Virus record (IMG/VR): IMGVR_UViG_3300025543_000034
Location: 1-54,412 of that record
Strand: one strand, 5' to 3'
From: a virus
Taxonomy: Duplodnaviria; Caudoviricetes
DNA length: 54,412 nucleotides
In this document: piece after piece, positions 39,001 to 48,574 of the stretch
How positions within the stretch are numbered: position 1 is the first letter of the stretch
Layout of the letters: every line of letters starts with the position of its first letter
Notes under the pieces: generated by a model
The model's database searches: none
Seen by the model: only the letters and a program-made list of their open reading frames with translations
What the model was told of the DNA's origin: nothing
Program-made: the position numbers and the translations under genes

Positions 39001-41105
39001 CCATAAGTTCTACCTGCCGTTTCTGATTGAGCTTCTGCAGCTGGTGTAGAACCAAAATCGTATCTAATTTTACCAAGACCAAGTGTGCTAGTAGTCATTG
39101 CACTGTATGTGGTATCTGTATCTACCCAAGGTACGTTAACAACTAAGTTACTACTATTGTTATCTAATTGTACTGCATAAGTTCTGTTAGCCGTTGTAGA
39201 TAAGCTTTCAGGTGCGTTACCAGCTGTTGCATCTACATTAACATCAAACTCTAATGTGTTTAATGTTAAACCAGTTCCAGCTGTATATTCTGTATTAGTA
39301 TCTGAAGCTGCAATAGTAAAGTTATTAGCATCAGTATATGTAAAAGTTATATTAGCACCTTTAACTATTTTTATGTCTTGCGTTCCACTTCCAGCACCAC
39401 TTAAAACTTTTCTTAATATTATATCGTTTGTAGATTGTTGCCAAGAGTTTGTATATATGTTTTGTGTATTAGTGTCTGTTGTATAAGCAGGCACCGCCCA
39501 AGTATTATTTTTTGTTAAGAATCTTTGTGATGTACCAGTATTGTTTCCATCAGCAGCACTTAGATCAGCTGTAACTGTTACAGCGCCTGTTGTTGCATTA
39601 TTAGGTGTTAAATCAATAAAAGTGCCATCAGTAGTTGTTATACTAGTTACACCGGAGTTTGTAGCCGGTACTCTAGTCCAAGCGGTTCCATCATAAACAG
39701 CCCAATCACCTAAATTCCACGTGCTAGGTGGGTTTGTACCACCATTAGGATATGCAGTTCCAGCCACATCACATATCCATAAAAAACCAGCACCTTTATT
39801 GGAAGCATCAGTTAAATCTGGTGTTCCACCGCCACCGCCTGAAGCATCCCAAGTTCCTTTAAACTGTAAACCAGTAGGTATTGCAGCCCAAGTTCCATCA
39901 CCTTTTAAATAAGTTGTTCCAGTTCCACCCTCTGGTACGTAACCTACGTTAGCCCCACCAACGTATTTTGCCGATGTTAATGTTAATTCTCTATTTGTTA
40001 TACTTTCCGAAAGAGGTGCACCTGTAGAATCTGCTGTAGCTAAAGTAACTCCAGTTACACCAGTGTCTGTACCAGTTAAAGTTATTGTATTTCCCGTTTG
40101 TGAAGCTGCAACATTTCCAGAACCTAGTATTAAAACAGTTCCACCACTATCACTTAATAATACACCAGAGTCAGTGTTGTCTGATCCAGTACCTGTAATA
40201 GTTTGAACAGTTTGAGTATCTGTCCAAGGTACGTTAACATACATTTGATCTGAGTCAAGCTCTACGGGATAATTTTTAGCATTTTCTGTATATCCAATTT
40301 TAACACCACCTAAATCTGAAGATGTAGCAACCGGTAATACATAAGGTGTGTCAGTCCAAGGAACGTTAACAAACATTTTTTCACTACTAAGTTCTACAGG
40401 ATAATTTTTACCGTTTTCTACATAACCTATTTGTACACCACCTCTTGTACCATCAGCAGCTAAAGGTAAAACATATGGTGTATCAGTCCAAGGAACATTT
40501 ACATAAGCTTGTTCATTGCTTAATACAACAGGGTAGTTTTTTGCATTTTGAGTGTAACCTATTTTTATACCACCAAGTGCTACAGTTGTTGCAACTGGTA
40601 AAACATATGGTGTTGGTATAGTTGGAAAAGTAACTAAGTTACCTAAACCATTTATATATTGAGCAGCTGTACCCGCACCTGTAACTGTTAACGTTCCAGA
40701 CTGAGTTATTGGTGAATTAGCCACTGTAAATGCAGCTGGCATTGACAAACCAACACTTGTCACACCTTGAGCAGCAACATTGACCCATTGCGTTCCTGTA
40801 GCTGTAGAACTTAACAACTGACCTGCTGTCCCTGGTTGATTGCTTGAATCATAGTATCCACCTGCAACTTTTAAACTATTAGATATAACAATAGAGTTAG
40901 TTGTTGTATTACCTATATTCGTAACTTGTTGCAGATTTTGTGCTGCACCTTGGGCCGCAACTAAATCAAGCAATGACCCAACCGTAAAACTAACTGTAGG
41001 ATTACCAACAACTGGATCCTGCGCATTTTCATCATAAGTTACAGTACCTATAAGTAAATCATCTCTTTTCGGTGTGTTTAAAGGATACGAATATATTATT
41101 GCCAT
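36084..41105 (-). CDS. Long tail fibre with C-terminal peptidase S74 intramolecular chaperone
   Basis: Thr/Gly-rich repeats, FLKGDGTW motifs, SDIRLKEN..GLIAQEVE..coiled-coil end. Confidence 0.85.
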   Translation of the reverse strand: MAIIYSYPLNTPKRDDLLIGTVTYDENAQDPVVGNPTVSFTVGSLLDLVAAQGAAQNLQQVTNIGNTTTNSIVISNSLKVAGGYYDSSNQPGTAGQLLSSTATGTQWVNVAAQGVTSVGLSMPAAFTVANSPITQSGTLTVTGAGTAAQYINGLGNLVTFPTIPTPYVLPVATTVALGGIKIGYTQNAKNYPVVLSNEQAYVNVPWTDTPYVLPLAADGTRGGVQIGYVENGKNYPVELSSEKMFVNVPWTDTPYVLPVATSSDLGGVKIGYTENAKNYPVELDSDQMYVNVPWTDTQTVQTITGTGSDNTDSGVLLSDSGGTVLILGSGNVAASQTGNTITLTGTDTGVTGVTLATADSTGAPLSESITNRELTLTSAKYVGGANVGYVPEGGTGTTYLKGDGTWAAIPTGLQFKGTWDASGGGGGTPDLTDASNKGAGFLWICDVAGTAYPNGGTNPPSTWNLGDWAVYDGTAWTRVPATNSGVTSITTTDGTFIDLTPNNATTGAVTVTADLSAADGNNTGTSQRFLTKNNTWAVPAYTTDTNTQNIYTNSWQQSTNDIILRKVLSGAGSGTQDIKIVKGANITFTYTDANNFTIAASDTNTEYTAGTGLTLNTLEFDVNVDATAGNAPESLSTTANRTYAVQLDNNSSNLVVNVPWVDTDTTYSAMTTSTLGLGKIRYDFGSTPAAEAQSETAGRTYGVTKNASDQLVVNVPWSSGGTYNWTIKDNATNPASSVVDSGETIQFVTATGPLGTVLTEPSAGNFVMTLTSPDTNTTYSNFTGASANTAGTSGLVVAPPAGAEGKFLRGDATWVNETTYSAFTGADGTNAGTSGLVPAPAAADNVKFLKGDGTWATPPDNQGVETFTNTNGTYISATENSTATGAVTMGTIDLSAVDGTSSTSTRFLSKDNTWDVPSYSDNDNTTYTIGSGNTKVITLTGSDSSTSTVTFADGNDISISGNNGTITIASTAISDTGLPAIIVDDAQGNMSFGNANVTAATIRTKIGAGTGDGLVTSLTTTGTSGASTLSAGVLNIPEYENTQENTKWYVRDSGDDDKTINDAKYLKFVTATGALSTNLTGVGSTSDPFVMTLTSPDTVYSLPLAANGTRGGVQIGYSENGKNYPVELSSEKMFVNVPWTDNNTTYTAGNGINFSGNPATQINADINYISYSGSNNFIKNGPADDRGTTVPTQGEIIYLGTSNQEIISRANVSDLPFTNNTGTVTGTGAAGQASFWTSSTNISGDNDFYWDNSNKRLGIQTSSPSRELEVNGRIFASGNSSVGSTNTGSISIKSTLLNKPTYGYSPTNWANGNGDLVIGGFMSSGLGGFAGVATFVNQETVISAGDDLGVIQFVGKDDSTNGYCSSQIIASVAQGPGQGSSGGGILKFFTSSNSIGSSPQQRLTIDQNGDVGIGVTSPNAKLQVSGNLICGTTSGTSDLILNSSSSTVGHFHFEDENGLGGYVDYDHSNNKMTLGTNGSGRVYIESNGEVGINNASPSATLHLTATASNGVPFKLQGHSNTTVEQMLMYTSKTAATNWYWMVNQANSVNTIIIYGNGNINNLNNSYGQLSDIRLKENVVDATPKLEDIKKLRVKNFNFRGDNLKQIGLIAQEVEDVFPGLVDEDKQPDIENGPEGEVYKSVKYSVLVPMLVKAMQEQQEIIDNLKLRIEQLEN
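37680..40620 (-). repeat. Repeated ~43-aa fibre module GGxxIGYxxNxKNYPVxLxxxxxxVNVPWTD
   Basis: Three tandem copies at about 40220-40610 and one at about 37685-37805; degenerate VNVPW copies near 38960 and 39130. Confidence 0.85.
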
Positions 41106-41106
41106 A

Positions 41107-44100
41107 TTATTTATTTTCTAATTCTTTTACTCTTGCTTCTAATTCTTGTACTGCCGCTACCAATAGTGGTACTAATTTAGCTTGATCTATACCTTGTGGT
41201 ATAATACCACCTTCTTCATCAACTTCATCTTTTTCTCCTACAATAGCTTCAGGAACTATATCTTGCACTTCATGTGCTATAAATCCATCTACTACTTTAC
41301 CAGGCTCTTCTATAAAATTAAATCTACTTGGTTTTAATTGATTAAGTCTAGATATAGAATCACTTATTGGAATAATATTTTCCTTTAATCTATAATCAGA
41401 ACTTGTAACATATGAAGTTGCTGAACCGGATGTAGATATTCGCCCTACATAAGCTTGACTTGTTCCTGGATTTTTATGGTAAAATTCTATTTGATTAGTT
41501 CCAAATTGATTACTACCAAACATCATTATATTTGCAGCTGTATCAGGAACATAAAACATACTATTTCCACCACTAGCAAAAAAGTTACTTGCAGCAAATC
41601 TAGCTGTAAATACATTAGTAATTGTGGTTGTAGGCCCAGTATGTAAAGTTGTTTGCGGAGATGTATTTCCAATCCCTACGTTTCCATCATTCAACACGGT
41701 CATTTTTGTAGAATAAGTAGTTCCATCATAGCTACCAATAGTTAATACACCTTGCCCAGTTGAGGTTTTGTTTGGAAAATAAATACTATGTTCATAAGCA
41801 GCACCACCCATATCTGTACCTAAACCCATCCAAGCATCTGCATCCGCATCTAAACCATAAGTTTGTATTCTTGGGCCACCAAAGAAAGCTCCACTGACCA
41901 TAATAGCAGGTGTAGCAGCATTAACTTTAGCTACTGATAATCTATAATCTGGACTTGTATCTCCAATCCCGACATTACCGCCAGATAGTATAGACATTCT
42001 TTGTATGCCAGATGTAGCAAAAACTAAATTTTGAGCTTCAGTGGTCCACAAAAAAGCATGAGAATCATTAACACCTAATCTTAATCCGTGAGTTTGTGTA
42101 CCTCTTGTAATCTTCATTCCAATATTACCACTAGCGGATGAAGTATGTAAATTTAATTTATCTTGAGGCGAATTCGTCCCGATTCCTACGTTGCCTCCAC
42201 CTTTAACTACCATTCTTGCAACACCACTTGTTCCTAAAACAACAAAGTCTTGTCCATTTCTAGGCTCAACAACTAAATTACCAGATGTTCCCGTAAATGG
42301 ATATGCACTACCCGTATTTTCAGTAGAGTATATTGTAGAATATGTTAAATTAGAAGCCGCTACTATATTATTTCTAATACCTATTCTTCCTCCATTTATA
42401 TCTAATTTACTAGCAGGCGAAGAAACTCCAATTCCTAAGTTCCCTCCTAATACATTTATAAAACTATTAGCACCATCATTTGTTAATCTATAAGCGTAAT
42501 TACCTTGTGGACTTGTGTCAAAACCTGCTAAATATCCAGAAACAAAAATACTTCCTCTAACGTCTAATTTAGTTAGTGGACCAGTCGTTCCAATTCCTAC
42601 ATTATAATCAGAAGCAAATTTACCCATTGTAAGCATATTGGTTATATTACCACCTGATGAAATTACATCAAAATATGCAACCTCTCTATCGCCATCTTTT
42701 CTTCCAGCTTTTATTAATAAACCTCTGTCATTTGAATGATTAATAAGTATTGCTGAACCAGTATTATTACTATCGTTTCCTGCTTGAAATCTAGCTGCTA
42801 AATTATAAGTGCCTGCTGTGCTTGGGCCAACAACGTGTAGCTTTGGGACATTTATTGTTAAATCACCATCATTAGGCGATGTAGTTCCGATTCCTACGTT
42901 ACCATCACCGTTGATACGCATTCTTTCTGCATTATTAGTTCTAAAAGCCATATGGTTGTCAGCGTGGTCATAACTAATTCTACCAATATCATTATCACTT
43001 GCATCACCAAAATCAATAAAAGTTTCTAAGCCGTCAGCACAATTAAATCTTAAACCATCTTGGTCAGCGTGGCTAATGTTTAATTTCATATTTGGCGAAG
43101 GAGTTCCAATTCCTACGTTTCCAGAACTGTCTATACGCATTCTTTCTGAACCATTTGTTACTATTCTATAAGGATGATTAGATAAAGTACCATTAGTCAT
43201 TCCATTAGTCGAATCAGGATAAATATAAGCATCGACAGAATTATCTGAACTTCTTAATCTTATTCCCCCTGCTTTTGAAGTGACTGTACCTTTTATATGT
43301 AAAGTTGTAGCACCAGATGAAATTGAAGATGGGTCTGTTTCATTTATTCCTACATTCCCTCCAGAAGCTATACGCATTCTTTCTGCTCCCCCAGTATAAA
43401 ATTTCATTGGTACACTTCCGTCAGCAAGCAAACTTACTTCATCACTATCAGTATATACTCTAAAAAATCTTGTACCATCGCCGAATCTTGCAACATTACC
43501 TGAAACTTGTACGTCTAATTTATGTGCAGGCGAAGTCGTTCCGATACCTACGTTCTGATTAAAATAAGTATTACCATTTTGCAGCATTACCATATGATAG
43601 TAATTAGCAGTACCTAATCTATACGATTCATCAGCTAAAACTAAAGCAGAACCCATTACAGTATCGGTTGCTGGTTTTGTAATAAATAAACCTGATCTTG
43701 TGTTTTCTGACCTTAATTGCAAAGAAGCATCTGTATTTCTTTTTAAATAATTTAAACCATTTGCTGTTATAGGTCCATAAAAAGTAGATGTAGCACTAGT
43801 GCCATATGCAAAATTTGAACCACCATAAACTGAAAGACCTTGGTTAGGGGTACTAGTTTCTCCTTGGCCCCAACCTGCCGGATTTCCAATACCTACTTTG
43901 TTATATAAATGCATGAACTCATTGGTAAATTGGCCTCTAGCACCTTTAAAATGTATAGATTCAGAAGCTGTAAATGAAGTTAATGTTGAAAAAGTTTTAT
44001 TGGCGGTTATTGTTTGAGCTGTACCAATGGTTACATAAGGACCACCTGGTGGACTCAAATTGTCTACATAATCTTTAGTTGCAAAATTTGCAGCAGCAGT

Positions 44101-44613
44101 AGGTGTTATACCACTTACTAATCCTGTAAAAGTTGTAGTGCCTCCAGTGGTCATCTCCATTATGTTTGTAGTGTTATGCCTTATACTAAACAAATTAGAG
44201 TTTGCTGCTGGATACCTAACTAATGTCCATTGACCAACGCCACTTCCACTTGTTCCACTAACTGCACCAAGAACTAAACTAGAATAATCATTAGAACCAG
44301 GAAACATTCTAATGTTTTCATTATAACTATTACCATTTGATATTTGAACCGTTGAAAAGGTTGCGGTTGTTCCAGTTAAAACTCCACCAACAGTAAATGA
44401 TATACCAGAAGCCGTAGCTGTAGCACCAGTAAGCGTACCTCCAGATAAAGGTAAATACGGTCCACCAATAACGGTTGAAGCGTCAACCCAAGTTGGGGCT
44501 GCATTACCGTTTGATTTTAATATCTGTCCACTAGTTCCATGAGATGTACTGAATAGTATAGCCCCAGTGGAATGGACGTCAAATAATCCGTTTATATTAG
44601 ATAATGATGCCAT
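41107..44613 (-). CDS. Tail fibre with GNVGIGT modules and S74 chaperone
   Basis: About nine GNVGIG-type repeats; SDYRLKEN..GFIAHEVQ. Confidence 0.85.
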   Translation of the reverse strand: MASLSNINGLFDVHSTGAILFSTSHGTSGQILKSNGNAAPTWVDASTVIGGPYLPLSGGTLTGATATASGISFTVGGVLTGTTATFSTVQISNGNSYNENIRMFPGSNDYSSLVLGAVSGTSGSGVGQWTLVRYPAANSNLFSIRHNTTNIMEMTTGGTTTFTGLVSGITPTAAANFATKDYVDNLSPPGGPYVTIGTAQTITANKTFSTLTSFTASESIHFKGARGQFTNEFMHLYNKVGIGNPAGWGQGETSTPNQGLSVYGGSNFAYGTSATSTFYGPITANGLNYLKRNTDASLQLRSENTRSGLFITKPATDTVMGSALVLADESYRLGTANYYHMVMLQNGNTYFNQNVGIGTTSPAHKLDVQVSGNVARFGDGTRFFRVYTDSDEVSLLADGSVPMKFYTGGAERMRIASGGNVGINETDPSSISSGATTLHIKGTVTSKAGGIRLRSSDNSVDAYIYPDSTNGMTNGTLSNHPYRIVTNGSERMRIDSSGNVGIGTPSPNMKLNISHADQDGLRFNCADGLETFIDFGDASDNDIGRISYDHADNHMAFRTNNAERMRINGDGNVGIGTTSPNDGDLTINVPKLHVVGPSTAGTYNLAARFQAGNDSNNTGSAILINHSNDRGLLIKAGRKDGDREVAYFDVISSGGNITNMLTMGKFASDYNVGIGTTGPLTKLDVRGSIFVSGYLAGFDTSPQGNYAYRLTNDGANSFINVLGGNLGIGVSSPASKLDINGGRIGIRNNIVAASNLTYSTIYSTENTGSAYPFTGTSGNLVVEPRNGQDFVVLGTSGVARMVVKGGGNVGIGTNSPQDKLNLHTSSASGNIGMKITRGTQTHGLRLGVNDSHAFLWTTEAQNLVFATSGIQRMSILSGGNVGIGDTSPDYRLSVAKVNAATPAIMVSGAFFGGPRIQTYGLDADADAWMGLGTDMGGAAYEHSIYFPNKTSTGQGVLTIGSYDGTTYSTKMTVLNDGNVGIGNTSPQTTLHTGPTTTITNVFTARFAASNFFASGGNSMFYVPDTAANIMMFGSNQFGTNQIEFYHKNPGTSQAYVGRISTSGSATSYVTSSDYRLKENIIPISDSISRLNQLKPSRFNFIEEPGKVVDGFIAHEVQDIVPEAIVGEKDEVDEEGGIIPQGIDQAKLVPLLVAAVQELEARVKELENK

Positions 44614-46728
44614 TTATACTTTTCTTGTTAATCTTAATATCTGACCACTACCAACTGTTCCTGCATAACCACTTACTGTTAAATAAATAACTGATTGGTC
44701 TTTATTAGCAATTGATTGCTCATCACTAGCACTTCCATTATATAACATATAAACATTTAAATTTAATTGAATATTACTTGATCCTCCTCCGTCTTGTGCA
44801 GTTACATGTTTTGTTATTCTTAAAAACACTGATTTTGCAAATGTATAATCAACTGCAATAGTAATTAAACCTGCTTGTAAACTTCTGTAAGCGGCTGAAC
44901 CAGCTGCATTTGGATTTCCTTGTAGATAATATTCATAAATTCCTGGTTCTGGTATTAAAGTGGTTTGTACGACAGAAGATGAACCACTCGTTGCTGTTTG
45001 AGGCCAAAGTCTATTAAAAGTTCCACCATTAGAATCTATAGAAAATAATGCTGTTCCATCACTATAACCTAAACCATTCTTTAAAAAAGTAAAACTCCTT
45101 CCAGTTGCTCCCGCACTTCCTACTTGAAATGCCATAGATTGTTGTGTTGAAATAGTTGCATTATCCGCACCAGTTGCTCCACCTCTTAACTCTAAAGTTG
45201 AAGTTGTACTTCCTCCACCATAAACAGTTAATGTACTGCTAGGCGATGTCGTTCCGATTCCTACAGATATACTTCCAGCGCCAGAGTTTGTAAAATTAAC
45301 TGTTCTTGGTTGGCCACTACTCCATCCTATTTGTGCTATTGTTCCTTGTGATTGTATTTGAAATATACTTGAACCGTAAGTATACATCAATAATGATGTT
45401 GAATTACCCGCGGTTGTTTCTAATAAAAGCTGTCCAGAAGTAGGGTTTATAACAGCCGAATCAGTTCCAAAATGAACTGAACCATTCACGTGCAATTTAG
45501 CATTAGGGGATGTCGTCCCGATCCCGACGTTGCCGCCTGATAGGATAGTCATTTTTGGTGAATTATTTGTTCCAAAAGTTAATGGATGGTTTGATATTGC
45601 AGTTAAATTTAATCCTCCAGTATCCATTGCCAAATACCCTTTAGTAGAATCTGTAAAACCTGAAAGCCATATACTTGAACCTGACGATGGATTACTTACT
45701 TCTAAAGCTGTATACCCACTTCCTACTGGTCTTGGCGAAGTTGTTCCGATCCCGACGTTGCCTGATGAGTCTATTACCATAACATTAGAACCACCTCCGT
45801 TGACTCTAAATCTAACTCCATTGCCTGTTGCTGCATTTATGTAAATTCCGTCAGTTGTATTTGTTGCTGCAAAAATTCTATTGTAACCATTTGCATTGCT
45901 TCCAAAAGCAAATGTTCTATATGGATTTCCAAATGTTTGGTCACTTCCTATTATTGTTCCGTTTACTGCAACGTTACCTGTAAAATTACCGGTTGTTCCA
46001 TTTAAAGCTCCCCCAAAAGTTACATTTCCTGAAAAAGTTGCGTTTTGACTATCATCTAAAAGTAATGCTCTTGTTAATGCTGATCCTGATTCTGTAAAAA
46101 ATCCTAAGCTACTTTTAGCTGAAGTTGTTCTAAGTGCTTGTATTCTTGACATAAATCTGTTAGCAGTGTCATTAGAGCTTGATTTAAAATCAATATTATA
46201 ACCTCCACTATCATCTATATTGTTATTGTCAAAAAGAAGTTGTGTTTCAGGAGATGTTTGTGATCCTGATATATTTGCTATTGTAACAGCTTTTGCAAAA
46301 GTTGCGTTTCCAACGCTATTTATAGTTAATCTTGTAGTTGAACTTGTTTCTAGTTTTAAATTAGCCGAAGATGAATTTGATGTTATTTTAAAATCAGTGC
46401 CATCAAAATGTAAATTTGCATTTCCTGAAGAAGCAGTTGGAATATTAATATTGCCACTATTACCTACGGTTACATTTCCTCCAAAAGTAGAGTTTCCAGA
46501 ACTGTCTATAACTAATCTATCTGCATTTGCTGCAACATCAAATAAACTAAAAGCACTAGCACCAGATATAGCAAATCTATATGTTTTTTGACCAGTTCTA
46601 GTCATATCAATCATATCAGCTCCAGCTGACTCAATATCTAATTCACTTGGCCCTGTATTGTTTTTATTTATTCCTACGCCTGAGCTAGATACTCGTAATA
46701 TATTATTTATATTTGATAAATTTGCCAT
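44614..46728 (-). CDS. Tail fibre/spike with GNVGIGT modules, no S74
   Basis: MANLSNINN start; three VGIGTTSP repeats; distinct beta C-terminal domain. Confidence 0.75.
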   Translation of the reverse strand: MANLSNINNILRVSSSGVGINKNNTGPSELDIESAGADMIDMTRTGQKTYRFAISGASAFSLFDVAANADRLVIDSSGNSTFGGNVTVGNSGNINIPTASSGNANLHFDGTDFKITSNSSSANLKLETSSTTRLTINSVGNATFAKAVTIANISGSQTSPETQLLFDNNNIDDSGGYNIDFKSSSNDTANRFMSRIQALRTTSAKSSLGFFTESGSALTRALLLDDSQNATFSGNVTFGGALNGTTGNFTGNVAVNGTIIGSDQTFGNPYRTFAFGSNANGYNRIFAATNTTDGIYINAATGNGVRFRVNGGGSNVMVIDSSGNVGIGTTSPRPVGSGYTALEVSNPSSGSSIWLSGFTDSTKGYLAMDTGGLNLTAISNHPLTFGTNNSPKMTILSGGNVGIGTTSPNAKLHVNGSVHFGTDSAVINPTSGQLLLETTAGNSTSLLMYTYGSSIFQIQSQGTIAQIGWSSGQPRTVNFTNSGAGSISVGIGTTSPSSTLTVYGGGSTTSTLELRGGATGADNATISTQQSMAFQVGSAGATGRSFTFLKNGLGYSDGTALFSIDSNGGTFNRLWPQTATSGSSSVVQTTLIPEPGIYEYYLQGNPNAAGSAAYRSLQAGLITIAVDYTFAKSVFLRITKHVTAQDGGGSSNIQLNLNVYMLYNGSASDEQSIANKDQSVIYLTVSGYAGTVGSGQILRLTRKV

Positions 46729-48566
46729 TATTTGCTTTTAAGTAATTCTATTTCAGCTTTTAGTTCTTGTATTGCTTTTATAAGCATAGGAACGAATACT
46801 GAATACTTAACTGATTTTGTTATTTCCTCACTATTTTTTTCTTTTGTATTTTCTACTAAACTTGGAAAAACTTTTTCAATTTCCTGCGCTATAACCCCTA
46901 TCTGTTTATTGTCATCTCCTATTAAATTAAAGTTCCGAATCTTAACTTTCATTAAATCATTTAATTTAGGGGTAGCATCAACTATGTTTTCTTTTAACCT
47001 TGCATCTGAAATAGCTCCATACGAGTTATTTTGATTTTGAACATTACCATTTCCCCAAATAATAAGCCTATTAGCAGAGCTATCACTACAAAGGAAAAAA
47101 TAATTATCTGTTATATTTGGAGCTACTTGAGAATATCTTATTTGTAGTCCATAAGGAACAGTTCCTTTGTGTGTGAATTTAGCTATTTGACCTCCATTAG
47201 AATTACTTACTAACTCATGCACAGTTGAGGTAGCGTTGTCATACGAACCATTATTACTTGCTTTTAAAAACCCCGCAGAATTTATACGCATTTTTTCTGT
47301 TGCCGCTGTTGTTTGCGTACCACCGGGATTTGTCCAAAAACTTAAAGCTGTAGCTGAGTTTCTTGAACTACCAGCTTCATTAACAATTGCAATTCTTCCT
47401 GCATCTAATTGACCTTGATTATTAGAATCATCTACTGTAGAAAATCCTAAATAACCATTTGAAGCATTACCTGTTGTTAAGCTTTGTCGAACAGCAACTA
47501 ATTGTAAAATAGAATGATAAGCATTATCAGTCATTTCTTTAGAAATAATACTTACTGTTGATGTTTGGATTGTAGAATTAAATCCACTACCAGTATCTCT
47601 TACTACGAATTTATTTTGAACTGTAGTCGTCCCGATCCCGACATTGCCGGAATTTAAAACTGTTACAAAAGCATTATTAGCTCTTGCAGCTTCTGTATTT
47701 AAAGAAGCATTTGTTGCACGACCAATAATAAACCTGTCTGCGTTATTATAAGTAGTTCCTGTGTACCAAGTTGTGTCTGTTCCTTGATTATACATAAATA
47801 CTCCTTGACCTCTAACTTCTGGAGTAGATTCATTAGAACTTTGTAATGTAATAGCACCTTGTGTATAATTTGATCCATTTCCGTTAAAATAAGCTGCTAT
47901 ACCACCGCCAGTGTTTACCGTAAGCCTTCCTGTTGCAGTTACATTTCCTGCAAAAGTTGCTCCCCCTGTATGTGTAAAAGTTATTTTTGGTGTTGTAGCT
48001 GCATTATGGTAAAAGTTTAGAATAGTACTTGCACCATTTGTTGCGCCTATATCCCAATAACTTGATGCGCCAGTATTTTCTATTATTCTTAATGCAGAAT
48101 GTAACCCAGCTGAAACTGTTGTAGAATAAGCATTAATTGTTGCTGCCGCGGTTGATCCTGTGCCTGCTACAACTTTTCCTGATAGGTATATGTCTTTAAA
48201 ACGTATAAGATCTCTACCTAAGCTGATATTAGAACTATAAGCATTAGTAGTCATGTTATGAGGGGTAAGAACGTCTCTAATTGAATCAAAGAAAACACCA
48301 GTAGTACCAGAACCAATTGCTATTCTTCCTGATAAAGAATTTATTGCCCCGTCTGTTAAGGTGTCGTGTTGAAATCTTATGATTTCACCATCAGTGCCTA
48401 ACCTATTAAATCTAGCTACAGTATCTCCACTAACAGTTGGATTAATATCACCCGTACTCATTATTTGAGTACCAACGGTTGCATTATTTGCAGCTGTTTT
48501 ACCAATTAATACATTACCTCCAGTTGTTACTAGGAACTTATTATTTATATTAGATAAATTAGCCAT
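46728..48566 (-). CDS. Tail fibre with S74 chaperone
   Basis: MANLSNINN start; SDARLKENIVDATPKL..GVIAQEIE. Confidence 0.85.
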   Translation of the reverse strand: MANLSNINNKFLVTTGGNVLIGKTAANNATVGTQIMSTGDINPTVSGDTVARFNRLGTDGEIIRFQHDTLTDGAINSLSGRIAIGSGTTGVFFDSIRDVLTPHNMTTNAYSSNISLGRDLIRFKDIYLSGKVVAGTGSTAAATINAYSTTVSAGLHSALRIIENTGASSYWDIGATNGASTILNFYHNAATTPKITFTHTGGATFAGNVTATGRLTVNTGGGIAAYFNGNGSNYTQGAITLQSSNESTPEVRGQGVFMYNQGTDTTWYTGTTYNNADRFIIGRATNASLNTEAARANNAFVTVLNSGNVGIGTTTVQNKFVVRDTGSGFNSTIQTSTVSIISKEMTDNAYHSILQLVAVRQSLTTGNASNGYLGFSTVDDSNNQGQLDAGRIAIVNEAGSSRNSATALSFWTNPGGTQTTAATEKMRINSAGFLKASNNGSYDNATSTVHELVSNSNGGQIAKFTHKGTVPYGLQIRYSQVAPNITDNYFFLCSDSSANRLIIWGNGNVQNQNNSYGAISDARLKENIVDATPKLNDLMKVKIRNFNLIGDDNKQIGVIAQEIEKVFPSLVENTKEKNSEEITKSVKYSVFVPMLIKAIQELKAEIELLKSK

Positions 48567-48574
48567 ATTTTATT

